The notes beneath the pieces are model-generated. The model worked only from the letters and a program-made list of their open reading frames with translations, had not been told where the DNA came from and did no database searches. The translations under genes were made by a program, and so were the position numbers. A DNA stretch of 62,353 bases, the filler included, from Choristocarpus tenellus KU-1152 (taxonomy: Eukaryota > Protista > Phaeophyceae), in the NCBI GenBank assembly GCA_964200185.2. It is 10 parts of 10 records of this genome, joined end to end, with 100 filler letters (N's around TTAATTAATTAA, not from the genome) between each part and the next. Parts side by side here need not be neighbours in the genome. Positions count along the whole stretch, not along the records: positions 40,135 to 62,353 come from CAXNAD020000297.1; 9 more parts are not named here. The stretch is one strand, 5' to 3'. How positions within the stretch are numbered: position 1 is the stretch's first letter; each line of letters opens with the position of its first letter. This document shows positions 49,802 to 60,049 of this stretch, piece by piece.

Positions 49802-52616
49802 TATTGTTAACATCTGTAGCCTTTTCCCTCAGATCCCAGGCACCCATTACACACACACAATCGCCTTCAACCACTGTGGAGCACACAGATGTGCGCACAA
49901 ATTGGCGTTTCCGTAGTTCTACCTGTGGATGTGAGGATATGAAGGTGCGATCAACAATTGTATCTGTAACTGAGCTAATTCTTTGCTTCAAATATTTCTA
50001 GAGCTAAAAAATACCTCTGTGCAAAGTTCTACTGAAGTGTTCAAACTCACATGCTCCATATCAAATGGATTTTCGGTTAGAGTGTTTAGACCCGCCTTAT
50101 CCGCAACCATTGTCAGCACCCATCTTTTGGGACGAAAAACATGAAGGACATTGTTGATGATAGATCTGTAGGAGGTTTAAAAGGGTGATGATAAAAGACG
50201 TGAGAATGAATTTTTACATGTTTAATTAAGTTATCTGGTGCCATTTCATTCATTGAACATTGCTGTAATACATACCTGTAGGACCTGAAAGGGTTGTTTG
50301 TCTCAAAGCTGGCATAACTGCATTTCTCCTCAGGTGTGACATGTATGGTGTAATAAGACTCATACTGGATCGCATTCATAGAGTACCTGTTTAGAGGATG
50401 TGATTTTGATGGTCGAAGATGTGAAGTAGATTAACAGTGGAAGTCTAGCATTGTTATGATAGAGATCAGGGCTTGCATTTTTTATCTTATCACTGTTTCA
50501 GCACCATTAAAAAATGATACCATGACTTGATTGTTATTTTAACACTCTGCCTTCTCTCACTATACAAAGTACTCAATTCAAGTATCACAATAGCACAAAA
50601 TATATGCAGAACAAGGTCATGCGTGTAACAATAGCCTCATACAAGGTTACTTACCCACAGGGATCAAATGCTATGTCATCCATCAGTGCTCCAGGAACAA
50701 GCTCTGAAATTCCACTCCTTTGAGTCATAACCCTGCCTGTTGGGCACACCTCCTTGTAAAATAGTTTTGCTACATCAGGGTGCATGTCAAACATCATCAT
50801 GTTTACCTGTATGATGAAGAGTTGAGGATTGAAGAGAATTAAAATTTATTTATTCAAAAGTAAAAATCTTTTTCTACAAGGATCACAAAATTAGGATGTT
50901 TAAAGATTAATTGCAGGAGATTGATATGTTACACCAGAAAAAAGCTTAAAATGAGTGGATTTCCAGTAGATTTTTGGTAGCACTTACCGTGCGATCTGTG
51001 GATGTGTAGTCTGGACGATCACACTTATCGGCCACATACACAAACCAATGATCACCAGTCACTGGTCCAAGCACATAACCTGGAGAAGACACAGTTTCGA
51101 GAGAGGGAACAAATACAACTCAGCTTTAATAGAACATGAGAAGATTTGAAGGCAAAAAGAGTATTGCACACCGATCAGTACTAAACCACTAACCTGCACC
51201 ATTCAATTGCTGACTGAGGTGACTGTGAGCTTTTAGATATTGCAATTCCTGGTGGAAGCTCGAGTGCGGGAAGAGCTGATCACCAGGAAACGTGAAATTC
51301 TTGCGGGAGTAACCTACCCACTCCAACACTAGACCCATCTCTTTTCCAGCTTCATGTAATAGAGTTGTTATGCAGCGAAGGAGGGTGGTCGTCCCACAAG
51401 TTTTTATGACAACCTGAAAATGAAGTGGAAATGACACAAAGAGAATATATTAACAAACTTTTTTGCCCGAAGTCATGGCAGTGTGATATCATGTTTTGCC
51501 AGTCCATGCAGGCCCTGTGGCAGTGCAAAGTCAACGATGGACAGTTACAGTAAAACAAGAGGTAATGTCTTACCTTGTGAGCATACACAAAAAGACTGCT
51601 TTCAGACAGCACGTATGCATCAAGGTGGTTGTTGGATATCTTGTGCAAGATGGTGCACTTGGCACGGCGACAGATGCGGTCAAGGCTCTGCCTTGTCAAA
51701 CCACGACATCCTAATAAATGCCCAATGCCTGGCTTGAAGCACACCTGACAATGTAGTGACAACAATTATGATCAACAAGAATATTATCTTGTCTTGGGAA
51801 AGAAAACATCTAATAGCCTGTTCCTCATAATTTGATCAGAGTTGCAGCATGTATTGCTGCAAAAATCTCTTTAGAAACTCCTCTGACCAAATTATAATAG
51901 CATTGACCCATTATTATCCTTTATCAAAATGATGCAGGGAAAACAGGAAGACACCTATCACACTTCAATAAAGCTCAGAATGTGATACCACACCTCTAGT
52001 GTCTTCTCTGGTCCCTCGAAACAGCCTGTATATTCTCTGTCATCTTCATCATCTTCATCCTGAGTTGGGAATGAGCACCAATCACGTATCATGTCATGCA
52101 ACCCTCAGTATGCTGTTGGAAATAAAGCAAAGTGACGCGTTTTGCACCCCTTTTGAAAGGGAGCACAACCTTGGGCAAGTCATAAATCACAAACTCCGAA
52201 GGCTAAACCACATCCATAACAGTCGCTAGCAACATTTCCATACCGGCACAACTACGACCCAGCTTGACTCCCTATAGAACCATATGACACTTGCTATCAA
52301 ACCTGGGCACTTGAACTATCTGACAAAGTCGCTATTATTTTCGACAATAAACAACCATCACCTCCATTTCATTATCTTCATCAGCGCCAGAATCGCTTAG
52401 ATCTGAGACCCCACCACGAGTTCCATCACTCGGGTGTGAGGACATAGGATCTCTACTATTCCCAACAGTGGATGTAGTAGGCAGTGCGTCAAACCAATCA
52501 CGAGTGATCGGTTCATCAGCACGTTCCATTTCACATCTTTGTGGTAGGCCTAGGCTCTGGGACTGAAAGAGTCCCCTGCTCCCTAACTCAGGGCTGGGTA
52601 AGCTTTCGGGGTGCAT
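49764..52616 (-). CDS. AMD1: S-adenosylmethionine decarboxylase proenzyme (AdoMetDC/SAMDC), 446 aa from the first in-frame AUG
   Basis: Exons 52616-52362, 52059-51994, 51744-51574, 51413-51194, 51079-50988, 50806-50655, 50386-50276, 50165-50051 and 49922-49764 have consistent phases and GT/AG (1341 nt). Motifs FEGPEKTLE, autocleavage site YVLSE|SSLFV, IKTCGTT, YSRKNF.FP..Q.FPH, FDPCGYSMN, TIHVTPE..SYASFE. Confidence 0.95.
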
Positions 52617-53296
52617 ATCTTCTGGACCTGTTCTTGAGTCCGATTCTTCTTACTCGGGCACGCCGAGATAAATTAGAGTCCCAAACAGGTGTCAGCTCGG
52701 CTCGAGAGGCTGTGGAACGGAGAAATGAAAGGGCAGTTGCAGAGTCATCCTGCGTACACTGAGTCAATATGATTTATTAAGTAGTGCATTTATGTTCCAA
52801 ATCCCCCACTACCTAGACTGGCGACAAGACCGATTGTGCAGTGTAAACAAAGAGAACAAGACCGAACAGACCAAGAGGAGTTATTGTACAGCATCCGCAG
52901 TCGGTAACGACACAATATTAACTACCTAGAGCATTGATTTTGATGGGATAGTGCCAGATCAGCCAAGGTTCAAGGGTCTCAGAACAACAGTGGAAACTTC
53001 CTGAAGCTGTAAACCATTTCTCTTTCACTACAACATTAGTACAAACTCACCTTGATCACTGGCCCAGAGCCAAGGTACATCCCGGTGGCGTCGACTAGAT
53101 CGTCAACCTCTAGTTCGAAGAGGATGGTGAGCGTGCGCATGAAGGGACGGGACCTCAAAAGAGGGAACGTCGGGCTGGTCTCCCTCCACCTGTCCTATTA
53201 CAACAGCGAATGTGGTAGACCGGTTTTCAACATATAATCCCCTGCAGCGATGCAGGTGCTTGGGTGCCAGTGATTTACTCACAGTTTCGAGGCCAT
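52588..53296 (-). CDS. Spliced upstream ORF (leader peptide, ~104 aa) of the AdoMetDC transcript
   Basis: Exons 53296-53283 (ATGGCCTCGAAACT|GTGAGT), 53189-53051 (CAG|..AAG|GTGAGT) and 52749-52588 (CGCAG|..CCC TGA) give a stop-free frame: MASKLWRETSPTFPLLRSRPFMRTLTILFELEVDDLVDATGMYLGSGPVIKDDSATALSFLRSTASRAELTPVWDSNLSRRARVRRIGLKNRSRRYAPRKLTQP*. Confidence 0.68.
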
Positions 53297-53503
53297 CTCT
53301 TTTAAAACATCAGCCTTATGGTAGTTGAGAGAAGTGAGTGAGTGGATAGGAGTGGGTTGTTGGGACTTCTTGGTTGTGAGACGAAATTTTACACAAACAA
53401 ATATTTGGTATGACGGTATATAGATTGCGACCTTATTATACCGTCAAACGTGGGATGTCCTCAACCCACACATCAATCACAGAAAGTAGATTGTCAAAGT
53501 ACC
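53297..53503. promoter_or_regulatory. Putative bidirectional promoter between the AdoMetDC leader and HYPK
   Basis: Only 207 bp separate the divergent start codons at 53296 (-) and 53504 (+); inferred from geometry only. Confidence 0.5.
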
Positions 53504-54387
53504 ATGAATACGGAAGAGGAACATAGTAATCTGGAGAAGGTCACTGATTTCGTGCATGAGAAAGAACTAGACAATGAAAGAACCATGAATGCCTTGTCTT
53601 CTTTGGCTGCACCAGCCCTTAATGCGGAGGAAGGGAAAGATGGGGAAAGGTAAGACCTTTGTGGCTTGAAACCCTTGCACTCTCTGTTGATGAGAGTTGG
53701 GCATATTCTTATCGTAGGTTTTCTTTACTGAGAATCACCATTGAATTATCTCGAGCCACCAATACCTGTTCTTAGGAGGGGAAGAGATCGCGCTTGGGAG
53801 CCTACGTCTCGTTGTCATCAACCTAGGAGTAATGTTGATACTACACCACGATCACCCACGTGAAAATGTTACCCCCAATCCCTTATCCTAAATATCCTAC
53901 CACAATTAGATTTCCTGGTACGTCCATCTCCCTCTGCAATGACTCGTCTCCTTGTGCACCTATACGGCATCCAAGATAGGCAAGGTAATCCCGAACGAGG
54001 TTTCCAATGCCAAGGATCCATCGTGGTCACCTTTGTGCATCATTGTGTCCATAGTTCAACAAAATCATGAGGTCAATGCTGTACGCAATCGAAGTTCTCA
54101 GGCACAAACAATTACCCAATCCTCTTCCCTTACACCGCAATGTGAGCCATTTCTAATGTTCATACTAACTTTATATCCACCATTCTCCCAAAATTTACTA
54201 TTAACCTCCATAGCCTCTCATCATTCCTATCACTAATAAACGCAGTGTCACCCACACCATCAAGTGGTCTAATGAAGATGTGAAGCTCATCATCCATGAA
54301 CTGGAAATTACTGAAGGGAAGGCAGAGACAGCACTGCTGCATTCTGAGGGAGATGTTGTAAAGGCATTAAGACAATTGGTCTGTTAG
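53504..54387 (+). CDS. HYPK: Huntingtin-interacting protein K (NatA/NAC-associated chaperone), 95 aa
   Basis: Exons 53504-53649 (AG|GTAAGA) and 54246-54387 (CGCAG|T). LEKVTDFVHEKELD plus UBA-like EDVKLIIHELEITEGKAETALLHSEGDVVKALRQLV match the HYPK pattern. Confidence 0.9.
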
Positions 54388-54408
54388 AAGGAGAGTATCA
54401 CACGTATA

Positions 54409-57287
54409 TTAATAATTGTTTACTTTTCCACGTTTCTTTTGTAGACCTTCAATCCTTTTGCGTAGAACTGTGACTTGATGTGCAAGGTTGGCTGTCTCCA
54501 CTACATAGTCCAGGGCTGTGGGGTCAACCGGAAGTGAGCGGGGGGGGGGGTCGGTTATTAGATAAATCTACACCAACACAACCACAATGCACATAGGCTT
54601 GGTATCTACTATTGATCACCTTGGAGGAGTCACAAAGTAGTATTGGATATTATTGGTCAATATCAACAATACTGTACTGAAGAATTGAGTTGATAAACAA
54701 ATAACGTAACATCATGAGTCACTTCTGATGTCGTAGAAAATCAAATTGAACCCTACTTTTCTCACAATCTGCATTTGAACTCTTGCACCCTCCAACTAGT
54801 ACAAACCAGGGTACTCTAGGTCGGTGACTTGAAGTTGAGCCCACAATCAATGTTCCTTATTGTACCAACTCTCCACTCGCTGCAACCAACAACAAACCAC
54901 CTTGTGCAAAAAACACTTGCAATTTCAAGGAGGAAGAGTTTATGAGTTTATGTGGAACCTAATAAATAATCTTAAACAATCTAAACAGGAGGAAATTACT
55001 TCTCTCCATTCATCTTCGGACCTTTGTTGGTCAAATTACAGGTTTGAAAATTTGTCAATGAAGCAACCAATTGCAACTTATGTGAACCTATGCACTCATT
55101 AATTAGGTCAACAACATCAGGGAGGTTAAAGTATTGTGGGACTGAGATTAGAAGTTCCATGCTTGAATACGTTTATGGGGAGGTGGTTGCTATCACTCAT
55201 TTGGTTGAGGTCATTTCTTCACAGGGGTGTATTTTTGTGAGAGATGAAATAAGAATTCTGAGAAATTTGAAGAATATGAGACTTTTTTTAACACATCTTC
55301 ATTGAAATAAGTGCCTATGATTTGTGAAACTTGATGCCTATTTGAAGACTTCAGTACAAAATATGAACCCTTGTAGTTGGAATCACTTGGTCTCTGTAAG
55401 ATATTGATCAAGAACCTACAGAAGAATTGAAGTCTGTGTTGCAAAGGATGGAATTCTCAAGTATGGAAAGTGTACACACCTTCCAAGGTGATAAGAACTC
55501 TCTATTCGAGATGGTCTTCACATACATGCTGCTCTTTGTGAAATGTAGTTGCATCTACCCATTTGTTGGATCAAAACATCATTTGAGGTATTTTCATGTG
55601 CATGGTAGGGATGACTCTTGTGTGTTCGATTAACAAGATGTGGGGTCAGCTTCTGAAAGCATTATGCCACTTGAAAACACCTCATTAGTAACCTGTACAA
55701 CTGAAAAGGAACTGGTATCTGAGAAATAGCCTGGACTGCACCACTGCAGCATTTACTATTAACTCCTGGCCACATCAGATAATGACTCAAATGAGAAGCT
55801 TTTACTCCTGGAGCTATCGGCAACTTAAGCTTTGCATGTCTGCTATGCCGTGTGCAGGCCTCTCTTTACCACAAATCCCATGCAAGTAGCAATGACTCCA
55901 CATTTTGAAGATGATCTATGCCCCAAATGGCTTTATATTCTATTGAGAAATGGGCAAGAAACTACAACTACAAAAGTGCCGAAAAGGGATTATCATCTGC
56001 ATTGCTGAATTGACATTGAAGTTGAGATTATCAATACAATCTTGAGGTGAGACTTGAACAGGGTGGGGATCAAGAAACCAACAAAACTATTTTGAACCAA
56101 TATTTTTAGCAATACAGCCATGGACATTCTAAGACAGACAGGGCCCGGACATTGTCATACTTAACTTTGACACCGACTCACTTATCACCGCTCAGTAATA
56201 ACCTGTCTGCAACCCAATCATTCCCAATGAATGCTCCACGCAGCATAAAAGGGTCTAGTAACAAATCACAAGCTGCACTACTACAAATATTCCCAACAGT
56301 TGATGGTATAAATGAGGATGAATTACAGGTTACCAGCCTGAACAGTACGGAATTATCCTTGATTGGAATGACATTCTCCATCATACCTTGCTTAGCTAGG
56401 AATCAACAGGGGACACAACCCTGGATATGAATTGGTTTCTACAGAGAGCTGGAATTTTGGGATGCTCTCCACTTCGTGCACTTGCTCACCTGATGAAAAA
56501 TCTCTCTTCGATCTGCGTAAGGGAGGTGGCACCAATCCTGTGAACAAATTGAGGGAATCTCCACGCCCATATAATTCGCGACCCGCCTGAGGTGAAGCTT
56601 CCTCCACTGTCCACTGAGACACCCCAACTGAAGTTCTCTGTCGGAGACTTCCTTCACTCCCAGATTTCATATTCCAGTTTCCCACACCCCGGTCTCTAGT
56701 GAACACACTGGCTGCGAGTACGCCTTCTTGCCCAGCTTCTTCACGTCTGCTACGCCGTGGAGAAAGTGGAGATCGCACAGGTGGAACGGGAAGAGCATCA
56801 ATTTACAAAAGAAATCTTGGCGTACTCCCTAATGCCGGCTTACACCATTCTCAAGCCATCTACGAAGATGTACACACTCAACCTTAACCGCCAGAATCTC
56901 ACATTATTACAGTCGATTGCGCTGAATACTCTTCTCTCGTATTGAGGACTGTAACAGAGTTTTGTCCCATACTCCTCCGAGCTTTGGTCATGTTGAAGAA
57001 GCCCTTGCGAATAAATTTTGGAAGCAGAAAAGGGAGGGAGGGGAAAAAGGAAGACATTAGTCTTGGAAAAAGAGCTGATAGGATCTTTATCATGCACTCG
57101 TATGGTCTTGCATCGACAGTCATATAAAACCCACCTGCTTTAGGCACGTATGCATTTCTGTGCGAAGACTGTGCAACTTCTCTATCGCTAACAGAAGCTC
57201 GACAAGCAAATCATCAACCCCATCTGGTGCAGTACCCACATCGTCTATTTCCCTCACTATTTGTTCGTCGCTCTTTTTCTCCCCCAT
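54409..57287 (-). CDS. CCDC115: Vacuolar ATPase assembly factor CCDC115/Vma22, ~206 aa
   Basis: Exons 57287-57135, 57003-56903, 56749-56490 and 54515-54409 with consistent phases. Motifs LKQ|GFFNMTKARRSMG..SV, DSLNLFTGLVPPPLRRSKRDF, ALDYVVETANL. Confidence 0.82.
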
Positions 57288-59714
57288 TGATTTGGGTTTC
57301 TCTCACACAGATTCTACTTTGCCTACACAACCTCTACAAAACATTTGATGTATATATATATAAACTTCATCATTCTCGTCCGTCCATCCACCCATCCGTC
57401 TGATAGTTCTTTTGATATACTTCCTTCAATAATGTGACTCTATGGTGGACATGGTTCGCTCACGCAAGGGTGCTGAAGAGAAACACTGCGAAAGACGGAC
57501 CTGACAGACGAAGAGGAACCGGAAGTGAGAGGACGAGTTTAAAACTAGACAAGTGAAGAGTGAAGAGTGAAGAGCGACAACAAGAGGGGAGAATCTCGAT
57601 TCAGGTGAGCGTCAAAGGGTCCCTTTTTTTTGGTGATTTATTGCTCTTCTGAATGATCCTCCCCTGTGATACTTCACCATGGTTGCCACCAGGGTTCTTC
57701 GAAAGAACATCAAATGCCATGACGGTATATGATTGTACGGCAATGAATGGTATACCCTGCTTTCCACATCACCCCACCTTCTGATGAGTCCCAAAGGCAC
57801 ACGAGCATGATTTGAGGTCAACGGAAAGGTCAGCTCTAGGACGAAATGGGAAACAGGTGTGGCTGTTAGCATAATATTGCACCATTATATCGCATACGAC
57901 TTCGTTAATATAAAATGAACAGTAATACATAAACGTGGTATTGTTAAATATTTGATAAGGACATCATTGGTCAACGATGAAGTTGATGGCATGTGGAAAC
58001 CCGACCAACCTATCTCTATGAGGTGTAAACATATGGTATCAGCTTATCAGTTAGCCTAATTACGACTGAGGCTGATGGTGTGTAGTCAGCATAGCATCAT
58101 TAAGCCCAAGGTTTGAAGCCATGGGGCCAGCAATGTGGTTTGCCTAAATACGAGTCAAGAGTTGTATGGGGCCGATACTATGATACTACTTCGCCATTTG
58201 CACAAAGTAACCCCTACGTCAACTACGAAATACTAAACATACATATATACATACATGCATACGAGTGTATGTATATAAGAGAGGGTAAGGACAAGCAAAA
58301 AATCATCTCTTATGTCCCTCTCTTATTTATATAAGAGCGCCTTTCTCTTAACCTGAGGGATCGTGATAAGAGAAACCTATGTATATCAAGCAACAATCCT
58401 CGTACACACTTTACACTTGTTCCCAAACGACGACAGAGCAACGCCCTTGCTGTATGTGCTTCCCATGTGCCTTCGAGAGTAGTTACATGTAGATGTGTGT
58501 TGAACATTATCCTTCGTACATTATCCTTAGTGAGCCCATTTCGATGAAGCTGGTGGTGCAGTAAGCACCACACCTACACCACCCCTCCATAGTATATCAG
58601 TGTCATATATATACAGTAATGTAACTTTGGTAAATTACACTCATTACAATGTATTCACTCATATGTATAGTACACCTTCCCAAGAAAAGTATCCGCAAGT
58701 AATTGGATGGCTGGACAGACGACTCGCAGTTCAAATCAATTCAACATTCAAAGCCAATCTCCCTCTGATGCCTTGCCCTACATATTCGATTGCACTCTAC
58801 AACCATATATCATACAGAACAGTATCAAAAAAGCCACATGGATCAAATGCAGCTACACCACCATGCACCTCGCACCGCACACACTAAGTAAAACAACTTA
58901 TTTGCTGATAAAAAAATCGCAACTGCCAAAAATATAGCAGATAGATGTCCGCTTGTTTGATTGCCCTTGCCTTGATTGCGCTGAGTCAAGCCAGCTTTGC
59001 TTTCCGGAGATAATAAAGAATATCATTCGTACTGCACTATTCGGCGGTTGTTTCTAAGCTTGCAAACTTGTCAGGTACTTGAGAGTACGGTGGTGGAGGA
59101 ATTGAGAACACCAAAGAGGCTGCTCCTTTCCCCACGGCCCCCGATGTGCTTACCCTCCCATAAACTCATCATCCTTATCACCCGAGCTTTCATTGCCTAA
59201 CTGATACAAGGATTCCTCGAGCAGCTGGTCTTTCATGTCCTCTAGTATCACATTGGCCACTTCATCATTGTCTTCCACACCGATCCACGCTCTTGCTGCG
59301 TTGATTGGACCCTGAGACGGTTTTCTACCGGGTTTAAGGTCAGAGCTCTAAGAGCATCGGAGAGATCCTCATTAATATATAGGGACACCTTGTGTGACTT
59401 ACCTCTACGAGCAAAATGGCCACCTGTGATACTGAGACAGGCAATAATCAAATTATACCTGGCACCTTAGGGAAGCTGTACTTTAGAGAGAGTAAATGTA
59501 TACTCCGATTAGGCTAGATGCAGACAGGTTTCCCCCAAGTAAGTTAAGGATATATGTTTTGGACCTAGTAGGAGTATAGTATTTTTTTACTCATCCTTTT
59601 TTTCTTGCCACAGAAAGATCTGAGGTTATTGATGATATCTATTGTCTTCACCAGTGACAATCGCCTGTGGTAAGCGTAAAACATGTATTGCTAGTTCAAG
59701 CTGGGGGGCATGTT

Positions 59715-59930
59715 CAGGCGAATAGCGCGACCATTTCTTCTCATGTTCTAACAAACGCGAGCATTTGTTACAGGCGAATAGTACGAGCATTTCTTCTCAT
59801 GTTTTAGCAAACGCGAGCATTTGTTACAGGCGAATACTACGAGCATTTCTTCTCATGTTTTAGCAAACGCGAGCATTTGTTACGGGCGAATAGTGCGAAC
59901 ATTGCTTCTCGCATTCTAACAAGCGCAAGC
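59715..59930. repeat. 56-bp tandem repeat x4, probably within the LTR/3' region of the adjacent copia element
   Basis: C(A/G)GGCGAATA...GAGCATTTCTTCTCATGTT.TA.CAAACGCGAGCATTTGTTA starts at 59715, 59771, 59827 and 59883. Confidence 0.9.
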
Positions 59931-60049
59931 AGTATATAAGATTAATAGCACATAGGTAGCCCTACATAATAAATGCTGATCCCCTAGAAGATACAGAGTA
60001 AGATTCGTAATGCATACGTAACATTACAGAAGAAACGTAAAAGTTCCAA

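Noticed and set aside
8119-52616. Possible 'polyamine gene cluster' (amine oxidase plus AdoMetDC)
   Set aside because: The genes are ~40 kb and seven artificial joins apart, and the oxidase looks more like LSD1 than a polyamine oxidase.
55690-55790. Alternative CCDC115 last exon (ELIVNAAVVQSRL)
   Set aside because: No acceptor in a suitable phase ahead of the motif; the exon at 54515-54409 fits both phase and family motif better.
59715-59930. CRISPR-like array
   Set aside because: Units are contiguous 56-bp tandem copies without unique spacers; eukaryotic context and no cas genes.
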